64,000 bases of DNA from the human T2T-CHM13v2.0 reference genome, Homo sapiens. The stretch is taken from assembly GCF_009914755.1 (NCBI RefSeq), contig NC_060930.1, one strand, 5' to 3'. Position numbers and translations under genes: made by a program. Positions 42,651-57,540 of the stretch are shown here, piece after piece. The notes below the pieces were generated by a model that did no database searches, was not told where the DNA came from, and was given only the letters and a program-made list of their open reading frames with translations. Positions within the stretch are counted from its first letter, which is position 1. The number at the start of each line of letters is the position of its first letter.

Positions 42651-44934
42651 ACTGCAACAATTGAAAGTTTTTTATATTTCAGAAATTTTTTCATGTACTG
42701 TTTTTTCTAGAGCACTGAAAAGCTAAATTGTAATTATATTAAGGACATTAAGCATGTTTTTAACATTGCTTTATTTCAAAATTTATAGATGCTCATACAA
42801 AAACTAGATAAACTATAAGTAAGTATATTATGCCTATAATAAAATGTTAATAAAATATAACTATTTCAACAGAAAAAAATTGAGAGCAAGATTTAAAACC
42901 GAGCTTAAAGGAAGGAACTTTAAATTTCTATTCCCTTTGTTCTGCAGATTTAATATTATTACATTTCTCTAGCATTCCTTATTAATGATTAGGGTAGGAT
43001 AATCTACATTCTATTTTGTCTTATAACACTTGTCTCTATATTTATGGTATTCTACATGCAGAAATTACAAAATTTAGCCATTTACTAAATATATTTATGC
43101 TGGACATTTGAGAGGACAAGGATAGATTTTAATGATCCTCTTGGTAGTCCAAGTTAGAGTTTTCAAGTATAATGGAGAATTTTCTTGTTCTCATGACGTG
43201 TGCTGAATGTCCCATAGGAACATACAATTACTCAAAGGGTGTAATCTCTAAAACTTCACCAAACTCCAAGTGAAGATTCACTTCATTAGTTTTTCTTCCT
43301 CCTCATGAGGCCGTTTAATTCTGTCAAAATGTTTACATAAGGTCTATGTCTACCACAGTGCCAATGGTAATCATCAGGCCAATACATTTTCCCCAGACTC
43401 TCTGAGCTCAACTTCCATATGTAACTGGGAAGAAAGGCCACAGGCATTCAAAATGAGAAGGCTGGTAGTAGCAGCAACCAATGGAACAAAAATCAGTGAA
43501 AATAGATTGTATCAGTGATTCCTGTGAATGAGCTGATTTTGTAGTGACGTATTTCTAAATTGTTTTGTTATATTACATGTGTTTTGCTTATGATCGTTTT
43601 TATCTACTTATGATCATACCAAAGCTTGCTGTTGAGTAGACAGATAGTTTGTAATTTTGTCTAAGACTTACATGGCCAGTTTAAAGCATGCAATTTTTCT
43701 CTATTAATATGGCAAACTGTTAATAAATTCAAAATGTTATCAATTGAAGATTTTCAAATGGCAGATTCAGGAAGTTAAAAGAATAATCTCTGTCATCAAG
43801 GCAATCATCCTGATTCTTTTAAGATGACAATTCTCTTTATTAAATTATTATAAGGGTTGTGTATTTCAAAGAATGCCTCTCATTATGTTTTCTCTAGATA
43901 CCTCACAAGCACCAGATAAAATAAAATGCCTTCTTACATTATTTCCCATTTTAATATTAAAAAAACAAATTATTTATTCACTTAAACATAGAATCTTTAT
44001 AAGAATCTGCCAATTGTTATTAGAGCACAACAGATTAATTGTAACAGATGAACAAGCAAATCTTGTTATCTATTTAGTGGCTAATTAAATAATGCCAAAC
44101 ACAGCTGTTTGCTGAATTATTAATATTTTAGATAAATATTCCAGATTATCCGTAAATATCTGTATATTCTTTGATTTTCTAAAACTTTTTATGTTTGATT
44201 GGTAAACAAATATTTCTGGGGAAAGCGTACTACTCACCATTAATGAAGACTATAAAAAGGAATACTCTCTCCCCCTTGAAGCACCTAGTATGTGTATGAC
44301 TTAATGGGCAACCACTCCAGATACAGTGATAAGAAGATATTAAGAACAGTTTCTTTCAGAGATGTTGAAGCCCATAAATGTAAATTATTTTGGATCTTTA
44401 TTTTATCGTGTTTGATTACTTGGTAAGATAAGCTGAACTTTTTCCAGAAAAAATAATAGATTCAACACTGTATACTAATGATCCTTAAAAATTTTCAAAA
44501 TAAATATACTAAGATGATATCTACCTAATCTCATTTTTGCCATTAAATTTGTTATCTCAGGTTAATTCATTTTTTCTCTTCGAATTTTATTTTCTCCATC
44601 TATAAATGAGATATCATTTCCCATGTGTACATAAACCAGACAGAAGTACAAATGATTGCAAATAATACCTTTTATAGATTATCAATGGTGAAGTTTGCAG
44701 ATTTGGAGATTTGAGTAAGATTTTGGCTGTGTTAGCGTGTTTCATATTTGATGATGTGCTAGATAAGACTGATGTGTCTGTACATGAGAATTATCTGGGG
44801 AGATTTTAAAACATATTCCTGAGCTACTACTCAAATGTTATTAATTTGTCTCTCATGACAAGGAAATTTTTAGAGATCTACAATTTAAATAAACTCTCAG
44901 GTAATTTCAGAACCACAGTCCAAAGTGAAACTAC

Positions 44935-45108
44935 TGTCTTGATCAATGTTTCTCAAATTTTAATGTGCATAAGAGTCATTAGGGATCTTAAAAGGCAGAT
45001 TTTAATTCATTATGTCTAGATGGAGCCTAGATTCTGCATTTCTAAATAGGTCCCATATGATGCTAACATTGCTGGTCCATGGGCCATGCTTTGAATTTCA
45101 AAGCTCTA
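44935..45108. mobile_element. MER5A
   Basis: tttctcaaattttaatgtgcataagagtca...gcctagattctgcatttctaa...tgatgct...gctggtcc. Confidence 0.7.
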
Positions 45109-45764
45109 GTCCAGATGAAACTCTTGATAAAATTATCAATGTATGGCATCACAGTTTAATCATAGAATCGTAAAATATCATAGCTAGAAAAGACCTGGAC
45201 ATCAGTAAATCTGGCAGTTTTGTTTTACAGGTGTGAGAACTGAGAGCCACTGAAGTGACTTGACCATAGCTGGTTAACAGCAGAAAGGGAAACAATACCA
45301 ATACCTCCTTGTTGCATTCATTCAAGCTTATCTGTCATGTTTAAAATTTTGATATGTTCAGATGATGAGCATCAACTATCAATAGTTATTCCAATGGCTT
45401 AGGTCAATGCGACAGTGATATATATATTAACTTAGTTTGCATCCTATCATTCATGTTTTGGGATTTTGTTAACAGTAGATTTATATACATTAGCCATTGT
45501 GTGTAAACAAATTATGCAGTTATTCATTTATCTTTGACTGTCTAACTCACTGGCCTCAGGATGCATAAAATTCCCTATTTATAGCATTACTCTTTTGGGT
45601 TGCAATGGCTCTCACTCTGATTGTGAGTTAGAATACCATTGTGGAGATGTTACAAATTCAACTATTTAAGGCTTGACCCCTACAGATTGTTATTTAGCAA
45701 ATCGGAGATGGGAGGTAATCTAGAATTCTGAATTAGAAACAAAAATTAGATGATGTAGACATTT

Positions 45765-46590
<826 letters not shown>

Positions 46591-48531
46591 ATCACTTGAA
46601 TCTGACACACAAAGTTGAGAACCATTGGTAAGCTTTCTGTTATGCTTTTTTTGTTGTTGTTTATTTTATTTTTCAACAGACCCTTTCTAAATGAAAATCT
46701 ATAATTTAAAATAGGTAAAACTTTAAGCCATCTGCAGTCAACTAGCACATTAGTTTCTCTTGAATTTGAAACAGGAAACATACAGAACTGCAGAGAGAAG
46801 ATTCTGAAATACATTAGACCTAGCAGCTTCCCCCTCACATCCTTTTCTCTATTACTCATCTTAGGTACAGGTAGAAATATAACACCAATGAAATTATTCT
46901 TGCTCCAGAAGAACTACATAAAATGGTTGGGCCTGAGTTGAGTTGCCTCAGAGACTCTTTTAATTCCTTCTGATGTTGGCACCAAAACCTGATCTCTTGC
47001 TTTCCTTGGCCTATTAATTCAGGCTCTGGTTTGACCCACCATTATTTGTTTCATCCTGGGTCACTTTGCGTGCCTTGACAAAGATGAGCTCTTTTAGTAG
47101 CACGAAGTACTACAGCTGCCTGAGTCAGTGGGCTCAGAGTTTACTTCTTAGCAACTACCTGGAGAAGTGACTGGATCCTAAATCTCCTTTGATCTCGCCC
47201 TCCTCAGCCTTTTTCATTTTGAGCCAACCTCCATACCTACTGTCTATTCTCTCTGGGCTTTGTCCCCCTCTCACCCCCATCACAGGTCTGCTCCATGCTT
47301 GGGAAAGACAGGTAGAAGATAAAGCTCTAAGCTCCTCATGCAGCCTGAGAGCGATATGCGATGGTGCAGTTATGGAGATGAGCTTTGATCTAGATTTATT
47401 TAGAGGAGACATCCAAAGATAAATGTATACTTAACAATGTTACTAGGGCTACCTAGTAACCAATATTCTGAGGCTATGAATTTTAACAAGTTTAGTCATC
47501 TTTCCATTCTCCTTCCTTTTTTCATGCACCGTATTTTTCAGACACTTAATGTTCAGCCTGGTGTAAACCACTGAATCTGCTGGCAAAGATGGATGCAATG
47601 AAAGCTCTGACACACACATACGTCTATCCATCTTACTCCCGATGACATGATACAACCTTCTGAATGGCCTAATCCTAAAGTCTTGAATATTTATGATGCT
47701 TAAATTTTCTGGCTCTTTCTCATTCGCTCAGACTGCAAGAGCTATTGTGGATTGTAATAAAGTAAGAAAAATACACAACGAAAGAACTGAGTTAAAATTT
47801 ACCAGGCAGCTCTTTTCAACTTGCAGAGCTTTAGGGAAATTTAAACATGCGACTATAGGGGGAATTGTAATTTGTTTTGCTGTAAGTGAGGAATCTCTTC
47901 CTCTGCCATTGACATGCATCAAGTACAATCTCATAGAACATCATCCTCTATATTGGGTCTAGCTTATCCTTAAGGACAATTTCTTATTTCAAAGAGAAAG
48001 TAGTTAGCAAGAAAGGAAATTAAACATAATGTAGATTGGCTTCTGGTGTTTTCCTCTAAGGCAAGAGATAAACCTATAGCCCATAAGGCCACCATGGTCC
48101 TAAAATTAAAGATCAGTTTCTCCTGTCCAAAAAACTAAATATGCATAACTCTGAATGACTACGATTATTCTTTCTTAACTTTAAAGCTAGATGTCAGGAA
48201 AAGACATTACAAAACCTAATTCCTTGTTAGGAGCCTATTATTATCTTCTAAAATTACATATTCCAAAGGATATAAATGCTGTAATTATTATTCTTATATA
48301 CAGATATATTATAGATGGAGGTTTAAGTGAGAATAAACTGTAAAAAGGAGATAGAGATAGGTGTATCTGTTAAGTTGCACTTAAAAGTGTTAATACCAGT
48401 ATTTTATTAGTAAAATAAACCAGTCATAAACCAGTATTTTATCTTTGAACATAAATAGAGAAAAACACTAAGATACCTATGCTGAAAAAAACATATATTT
48501 TTTAACTTTGCTTTAAGACTTTTGGGTTTTC

Positions 48532-48585
48532 GCTCTCTCTCTTTCTCTCCCTCCCTTTTTCTTTCTCTCTGAGTGTGTGCATGTT

Positions 48586-48616
<31 letters not shown>

Positions 48617-48629
48617 CTGTCTGTCTGTC
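48532..48629. repeat. Compound (TC)n-(TG)n-(TCTG)n microsatellite
   Basis: Direct inspection. Confidence 0.88.
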
Positions 48630-49722
48630 ACTGCGTCTGGCCCTGGTTTTAACTTTAACTTTGGGTCTTTATGAATAATTAAGGGAATTAAAATTTATAT
48701 TTCTAAAAAATAGATATCATTACTATTATTCACATTTTCATATGCTTTCAGTTCAATTTATTAATAACATCATATAAAGATTTACCCTCTTCTTTATCAA
48801 ATATACAATGCCCCAACTATTCTAGCTTATTTACTGCCTTATTTGATCATGTATTCATTAAATTTTTAACTGTGGTATTTGCAGGACATTTTACTAAGTA
48901 AGGTGATCTTTTACACCTTTGCAATTACGTAAGCTATAAAATAACATGTTGCATTGATCCTGATGCTAGCAATACCACATCAAAACTCCATTACTGTCAT
49001 TTACTATTTTATTTAATAAATGTTCATCATTAGTCTTTGGGAATGTGGTAAGCAAATAGTACATGTTCTCTTCCACCAGCTCATTGCTTGGCTCATAGAA
49101 AACACTTGAAAAAGATTAATTGAAAAAAATACATTTGTTGATTGAGTTTAATCCCAGAAGGCATAAAACATGTCCGAATTCTGTATTAGTGATTAGCTAA
49201 GGATATACATTGTACCGTCGTGAATCTTAGACCTCTGTGCTTTGCTCTCACTCAGAAACCTAGGAGTTACCCAGAAAGCAAAATGTTTATTTTCTATTAC
49301 AATCATGCTCAATTTTTTCCCTTTTATATTTCTTAGAAATTTTGCAAAACTCTGCATCCCTTCCTACAAGTTCTAAAATTTTTCATCATAAGTTGAAGGA
49401 TTACAAGTGATATAATTTATAGATTATTGTAAATGTTGACATTTAAAAATAAAGTTGCCATATCCCTTTTAAAAACTGAGTTGATGGACTCCAAACACTA
49501 TAATATTTTTAGATGTCATTATCAACTTAAAATATTTATCAAAAAATTATTTCTTAACATTTGGAAGGTTTTCATCTTTCTCTTTTCTCTTTGAATTCAT
49601 ATTTTCATTCCACCTCTCTCACGAAAATTTTACCCAAGAGCTACATTATGATTCTCTAAGGAAAAAAGTGTACATATTGAAAATTTTAAATTTCCTCCAT
49701 ATTCTGTGATTTCACATCCTGT

Positions 49723-49775
49723 AATATATTAACCTTTAGACTATAAGAATCTAAGAATCTAAAGGTTAATATATT
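49723..49775. repeat. 18-bp perfect inverted repeat, 17-nt spacer
   Basis: aatatattaacctttaga ... tctaaaggttaatatatt. Confidence 0.9.
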
Positions 49776-49971
49776 GCAAATCTTCATAAGTTATTATTAA
49801 ACCTGAAAAATGAATTTTTTTTAGAATGCCATCGAATGAATGGAGCTTTAAAATCACCTATCTGTGGATTAATGTATTTTACAGTTAGAATGAGACAGCG
49901 TTCATCAATAAATCTAACCCTATATTTTACTTTTAAAGATACAAGTATTGAGAAGCCTTATGCACATCTGT

Positions 49972-49976
<5 letters not shown>

Positions 49977-50020
<44 letters not shown>
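49977..50020. repeat. (CA)n microsatellite
   Basis: Direct inspection. Confidence 0.92.
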
Positions 50021-50022
<2 letters not shown>

Positions 50023-53000
50023 CTTATTGGGGCAATGTTACTTAATTTTTTTGTCTCCTTCCAAGTAACGTTGAATACCACAAAGAACCAACAACAGATT
50101 TATTTATATTTGAAGTGGAAATAGTACGGTTATAAACCGGGCATGCTCTCAAGCAGATCAATTTTAGGAAAACATTCAAATGACATTCAATTCCTTTAAA
50201 TCTCTCTGCAGTTTTATACCCCTTAGAAAGTGAGGTGCTAACAGATCCATGATGTATACCCTGGTGTGAAAAATATTGCTTAAAAGCACACTTCCAGATG
50301 TGCAAAGTATACCACTATACACAACAAATAATTTTTTCCGAAAATGTGATTTATAACAGTATTTGGTTTTCATACTTATAATTTTTAGACAACTATGTAA
50401 TAAAATATAGTATTTTCTAAAGATTCAGTGCCTTGGGGTCTCATCATGAAGTGTTTAGTAATAGAACTTAGTATTTTAAAATTTTGACAAGTTGAAAAAT
50501 ATGCATGAAGAATATAAAGACACTAGGTACTACATGTAATACCCTGAAGCTATATTTATATATAACAACAGATTCCACAGGCTAGCAGAATCAAATATTT
50601 CATCCATATTAATAATCTGTTTAATAATCAATACTGCAACCCTGAGATTAGTCGACTACACCATTATTCCATACCAAATTAAAAACTGCAAACTTCAACC
50701 ATAAATAACAAACTGGCTGAATTTTTATTTTGTTAAGAATAGCAGTAACTCAACAAATAAAACTAAGTGTATTCAAATAAAATGTTTTAGGTAGATATAG
50801 GGCAGTTGAATAAAAAAATGCTACAGCCTGATAATTTAGGCAATAAAAAATGACTAAATATTATTGAATATATATGAATTGAGAAGGGTATTAATGAAGA
50901 GTCATTTAGATGTGTAAAAATCAAATGTTTTAAAAGACTATCATTCTACATTGCCCCCAAATTCCTTCTTAAACCAACATTTGTAAATGTAAACATGAGT
51001 AAAATAACTTATAAGACAAGAATAATTTATAGAATTTCTCCCCAATAATAATGTTAAAAGTATACTTAAAATGTAGAATATGTATTATAAATGTTTTATA
51101 AAATATTACCTACTGCTTTAAAGCTCTCATTGCCTCTATACTTCCATGAAAGAAAAGCTTACACATAAAAAATAATAATTACAATGAAATAGATCTTCTT
51201 GAATTCACTTTCAACTAAGGTTTATTATTACATAGCCTCTGTACCCAAGATAGAGCATCTGAGATTTTTACTTAAATGTCAATTTTTTTCATGTAACTGT
51301 GTGAATAATACTATTAAGAAAATATATTCAGGTGATTTAAAGTCAATTCTCCTAATTCTGAGTATGTAATCTTTAAGGACATTAGTGCACATGTGTTGAA
51401 GGACATATATCCCTTAGACTATTTTTGACTAATAAACATTTCTAACATTTTTTAAAAGTACCCTAAACAACTATTTAATAGTTTTTCTGGCAAAAATTTG
51501 ATTTGCTGAATCAAGGAAATAATTTAAGAAACAATAGTAAAACAGCTTTGTATGAATTTGCAGTTTATACTAATTACTATATGAAGCTTAATTTTAAAAT
51601 AATTTCAAAGAAAAATTTAAATCAAAAGAAAAGATTTTTTATTAAATAGTAAATATCAATTTATGAAAAACATGGCTTTATAATAGTCTTATGGAATTCA
51701 GTTTATAAGTATAAATGAGCAAACATTATTTATCTGTTTTCCCTTCTTCCATTTCCAATGAAAATAAACGTGCATAAGCTGTTATTTCCAGATAATGACT
51801 AATAACTCACTTAAAGCTTGACTATGTTCACTCTCTATGGGAAATCAGCTATAAATCTCTTGAAGTTTATAGACAAATCTAGAATCTCTAAACCTGAATT
51901 TGATGGCTGAAGTCTGTCTTGAGTACTTGAGTTCTCATTCTGGATTTGCAGGTGTATAAACCCTTCCTTTCTCCTCACAGAGCTTTATAAACACTTTCAT
52001 TTCTGGATGCCTTTGCCATAGTTGAGTTTGACTGGCTTAGCTCTTTTTTGCTGTGTAAGTTACAAATCCAAAGTTTCTAATTTAACATACACTAAGTGGA
52101 TTTTACCCCAGATAGTGTGGGGTAGTCATCATTTTCTCAGGGAAGGCTGAAACTGTAAGTTTGGATCCCATTGTTTGAATCCACAGTAGGTATTAGGAGA
52201 GAGCAACAGAAGCCAGGGTTATCTTCCTGGGTAAACCCTCAACAGCCTGCCCATGTGTAGCAGTAACTAAAACACTGCAATTGTTTTAAGTCTGGCTTGA
52301 ATGTTGGCTGTTTTCTCACAACAAATGTACCTCAAGATGGTACTACCTGCTCCCCAGTGCCCCTTCCAGATGCAGTTCCTACCCCTTCCTGTCAAAATCT
52401 CTGTCTTCTGAAATTCCTGCCCCATTGCTGTCCTCCTTTGTCCTAGGTTTATCGTTCTTATCATTCAGGTTGTGACCACTTCACTCAGTCACCTTATCTA
52501 TTCCTGCAAGTAATTCCTCTACAGCACATCCAGGCACATCCAGGTAACTCCACTCCATGACAGTGACACATCACACATACCAACTGGATATGCCTTTGCC
52601 TCCTAGGCTGTTATGTCCCTCACCGTCTTGTTGTCCTGGCCCATAGTCATCACCTAACATGCAAAATAATGATGGCAAAAAAAATAAAAGGAAAAGAATA
52701 AGAATAAACATTTAAAATCAATAAATCTGACCATGGTGAGAATAAATCATGGGTGTCATTTTCTGGGCCATTTCTAAGGCTACAGAATTCTCCCCTCATT
52801 CCTCAAATTCCAGCTCATATTGGTCTGTGTATAAATGAATCCATACAAATCTACTGAATAAGGCATTTAAAAAATAATCAACAGAAAAGTAGTGAGATCA
52901 CCTTCATTGGAAAAGAAATTGAGTATTTTTTTTCTGACTATAAATCTTGACCTAATTATTAAACAAAACCTTTATATTAAAATAAGTAAAATATATTTGA

Positions 53001-53066
53001 ACCATGCTGAAAACCAATATTACCATAAGAGAAAAATAATTATTATCAAAGGTGAAAACAACTAAC

Positions 53067-53099
53067 CTTTTTTTCTCAAGGGAGGCTCATCTATTTCTC
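53067..53099 (-). CDS. TRDN: Triadin exon 4 (33 nt): GEIDEPPLRKK
   Basis: Acceptor tcttggtctag; donor AAG|gttagt; in frame with exons 3 and 5. Confidence 0.96.
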
Positions 53100-54180
53100 C
53101 TAGACCAAGATTAAAAGAAAAACAAAGTTAGAAAATATTTTAGCATAGAATAATATGACATCATTATTTTCCCCTTTTGTTTATTTAAAAAAATCTATTA
53201 GTTTTAACAATCATAGTCTTTACATTACTTTGCTTCCCAAATTCCAGTTTTTAAGTATAAAGTTTGTTTATATACATTTATATAAGATTGTTTCATTTTT
53301 ATGAATTCAATAAAATTGTGGCAGTGATCCAAATTATACATTATAGGTTATATATCATATTAATTTCAACTCTCTATTGTTCATGTTGAACTCTTACTGG
53401 GGCCAAAACAAATATAATTTCAGGAAAAGTTATAAAAATACTCTAATAATAAAAGCTTTCCTGGTAGTCAAGGCTGAATACATGATTTCTGATGACTAAG
53501 ACTGACCCTAAAAAGTGTTATCTAATAGATGGAATCACAGTGCTTTGTTCTTTTCATACTCATTCAATGGCAGCTTTTATGTGGTTTGAGATGGCTATTT
53601 CCTTTTATTCATTAATATATATGAGAGAGCACATAGGTTAGTTGCATAATTGTTAGGACATTTAGAATGTGTCCTTCTATTCTACACCACCATTTGGTCC
53701 AATAAATTTACTCTTTTGATTGTACTTTTAGTAAGATTGCTTTCTGCTATTTGACTATAAATATGACATATGTGTATAAAACACTTATATGTATTTTTAG
53801 TTTTACTGTTTTTATTTTAATCTTCCTAGAGATAAACTTGAAAAATAACTATTTTTTCCAAAGAAGCATATAAATGTGAGTTTGTATTGTGGTTTTATAG
53901 CAGAGCATAATGAGACTCCCTTTGCTGTAATGCTACATTAATATTAACATTTAATTTTGACATCTTTGCCATAATGGTAGATAAGCTATAAGATGAAAAT
54001 TAAATAAAGAACAATTTACTGTGTTTGGCAGCCTGTTGATATGCTTTTAGCAGTCAGAAGTGTATTCATTTTGGTTTAGCTTGACCCAAGTGCTCATTTG
54101 AATTTAAACTGAGGCAAGCCACTATAATACATATTTAATGTTGCTCCTAGCAGTTAGATATATCTCTATGTTCTTTGTAC

Positions 54181-54339
54181 CTTTATCAGTATCTTCGTCA
54201 CCATCATCATCTTCTTCATCTTCAGATGAGATGATGTCAGATAACAAAGAAAAGAAGCCATAGATCCAGTCCGTGGTTTCCTCCATAGCATCACGTACCA
54301 GTTTTAAAGGATCTGAGCCAATCTTGGCAATAGAGCTTG
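54181..54339 (-). CDS. TRDN: Triadin exon 3 (159 nt): ASSIAKIGSDPLKLVRDAMEETTDWIYGFFSLLSDIISSEDEEDDDGDEDTDK
   Basis: Acceptor ttacttttag (AG at 54341-54340) after a long T tract; donor AAG|gtacaa; open frame, phase 1/1. Confidence 0.97.
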
Positions 54340-55329
54340 CTAAAAGTAATTAAAAAAAAAAAAAAAGAAAAAGTTTGTGATCATTTCCAAATAACTTAAG
54401 AAAAGCTGTTTTTACTGATTTGTTGTTTTGACAAAAAGAATATGTCAATTTCAACATTCTAAATATCTCCTGGCTACAATTTTTTGCGCAGAAATAGAAA
54501 CTTCATCTTGCTATAATATGCATGCATGCCAAGAAAGAAAATGCCCTTGGGAAGTTTATAATCCAAATAAGAGTTAGCACTGGAAAAAAAATTAGGAATG
54601 AATTAAAATAATGTGTATTTATGTTACCCAGAGTGCAAATAAACCCTATGTTATGGATGTTCAGGAATGGAAGAAATAATTTCAGCACATATTGTATGGG
54701 ACAGCATTATAGAAAAGATGACTCTGTAAGTTTTCAGACAAATAACAAGTTCTGCAAGTTGACTAAGGTAGTTGTGGCTAAATTAAGACTGATAGGCCCA
54801 TTTATTCTAATTTGTGATACCACAGGAAGAATCTGGAATAGTCAAGTTAGTGATCATATCAAGCTCTAGTTGGAATAGGTTGGATTTATCTTAGTCATCC
54901 CTGTACATGAAATAAAAAAGTATTTGAACTGCTAGTAACTTCAATGGATAGAATCTATAAGTCTTCCCTTTTCTATGTCCTAGGAGATATAAAATGTTTG
55001 CTAAATGAAAGATTGAATCATAAAAAAATGCAAACAAATATATTAGGGATTTCCAAAATTTTATTCTTCCAATCATATGAAAACTGCTCTGAAGAGGCAA
55101 GCATAGCCTTTAGGATGTGATTACAGAGGTGATCTATCTAGAAATATGGTATAAATTGCATCTGATTTTTTATCAAGCTGTAATTAAATTTTAGAGCTGT
55201 GTTTTCCTTAATTTTAAAAACTATTTTAGCTTTTCAGAGATTTTTCTCTCTTTGATATATTTAAGAGATGAGAATTATATCAATGTATTATACTACCTAA
55301 AGGTTAAGTACATCTAATTAGGCTTTTAC

Positions 55330-56400
55330 TGTGACTAACATAGTAAGTCATTGGAAGATTTGAGCAGAAAGATGAAGTGATTTGACTTCCTTTACTGTGT
55401 TGAAGTTTGAAAGGGTGCCAGGCTGGGAACAGGGAGATGAGTATGAAGCCAACTGAAATCATCCAAGAGAAAGATGATCATGATTTCTATCAGGGTGGTA
55501 ACAGTGTGTGTGGTGAGATGCAATCAGATTCTGAATGTATTTCAATGACAGAATTAATAGTAGAAGCTTCCAGTGTGGCTGTGATGTGAGAGAAAGACAG
55601 AATTCCAGGATAACTTCTAAGTTTTTGGTGTGAGAAACTAGAATGAAGGAAGGAAATGCTCTGAGCTGGGGGAGGACTGGAGAGAAACAAGATTCTTGCT
55701 GGGTGTGGGTGGGGTTGGGAGTAGAAAAGTAGCTGAGTTTTAGACTTTCAAAATTTGGGTTGCCTATTAGATACTTACATCAAGATGTAGACATTTGTGT
55801 AATGCAACATGATTTACAAAAGAGAAGCTCTAACTGAAAACAGAAACTTCAGAATCCAACGGAAGACAGAAGGTATCAAAGCCATAACAATGAGTGAGAT
55901 CACCAAGGAAGTTGACCCAGAGACACTTTAACAAATGTCAGGGAGATAAGTCAGAGAGATAGGGAGGAGCCAACAATGGATTCAGAGGGGAGATGACAGA
56001 GAGAGTGACAGGCAGAGCAGGAGTGAGCAAGAAAGAGAGAGGGAGAAGGAACCAAGAAAGTGTAATGCACCAGATATCAGGTTAATACATTGTTTTTGAG
56101 GAGGACAGAGTGATCAACTGGAAAATGCTATGGATAGGTCAAGAAAGTTGAAGACTGAGAATGGACCTTTGGATTGGATGACGAGGATGTCACTCATGAC
56201 CTTCAAAGAGCAATTTCAGTGGAGTGCATTCAAGACAAAATAGAAAAATTTGGAGGCAGTGAGTATATTTTTATGCATATGACAGAGATTGAGTAATACT
56301 AGAAGAGGAACTAGGATCATAGTGAGTTTTTCTGTTTTTACCATTGTTCAAATAGGAAGAATATCCCATGGTTTATACTGATGGGAAGATCTCATAGAGA
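55330..56400 (-). mobile_element. L2 fragment
   Basis: gtcattggaagatttgagcaga...gagtgagatcaccaagg...gactgagaatggacctttggatt...catgaccttcaaagagcaatttcagtggagtg. Confidence 0.75.
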
Positions 56401-57065
56401 GCGGAAAAATTATATGAACGAGAGGATTTCTGGGGAAATTTTTAATTTTATATTCCATTCTGAGGGATTCGTGGAGCACACAGACCATTCAGTGACCCCA
56501 GGAATAAAATGCTGCTTTCTGGGAAGCCTGTCTCCATGATTCATTGATAATGTACTTTCACTCTTTGCACCCCATTTTACTACACTCCAGAGAGTTTCAT
56601 GTGAGCAAGAAATGGCCGTTTGAATGGTGAGATTAAACCTTAGACAAAGGAAATGAAATGGAATTTTATAATTGCAATTGAGGATTTTAAAAGAATCATA
56701 TGTAAGGAACTGGATTGTTCTGGCACCATTAAAGGCATTTTTAGCAGTGGTATATTTTATACCTAATGGAAAAATCTGCAAATGAGATTTTTATGATGAG
56801 AATAGATTGAGACTATTTCTCCATTTCCCTTCTTTCTAAGTGTTAACTGAAGAGCTTAACAATAAAATCCAACAAAATTGGGATCAGTTTAATTATCCTT
56901 ATGCTTAAATGCACTGTATGTATTTTGCAGATATATATATATATTGCCTGGTTCTAAAATTGCCAAAGCAGGCTATTTTTATGAAGTTATCATTGCTAGC
57001 TTGAGATCAGCTTCTGATTTTCTGATTTTCAGCCATGTGGACCACTTCTTCCAAAACCTAAATAT

Positions 57066-57099
57066 ACACACACACACACACACACACATACACACACAC
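57066..57099. repeat. (CA)n microsatellite
   Basis: Direct inspection. Confidence 0.88.
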
Positions 57100-57319
57100 T
57101 TAAATAAGACAGTATTCCTGAAGTTGATTCTTATTCTGTCTTTCAGACCTCACATCCAAATCCAGATCATATCAATGGAAAAAATATTATTCAACGCAAA
57201 CTAAAACTTTTATTGATGTCTTTTTTTAAGAAGATACTTAGGTAATTGTATTTTCTTAGCTTTCATGTTTCCCTAAGTTTAATTATATACATGACTGTGA
57301 GAATCATCTTAAAAATAAC

Positions 57320-57540
57320 AGTCAGACACCATTATAAAAACTTTACAGGTATTAATTCACATTTTCTTCTCAATAACCCAATGACATAGGTATATTATTT
57401 TATACCTTTTTTAAAAACATAGGAAAACTAAGGCACAGATAATTTAAATAAGATGCCTCAGGTTACATAGTAAGTGATGGAGCCACGTTTTACACCCATT
57501 TTAGGCCATCAAAACAAGATTCTTAACTATTGTGCTATAT
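57320..57540 (-). mobile_element. MIR
   Basis: aggaaaactaaggcacaga...tgcctcaggttacatagtaagtgatggagcc. Confidence 0.65.
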
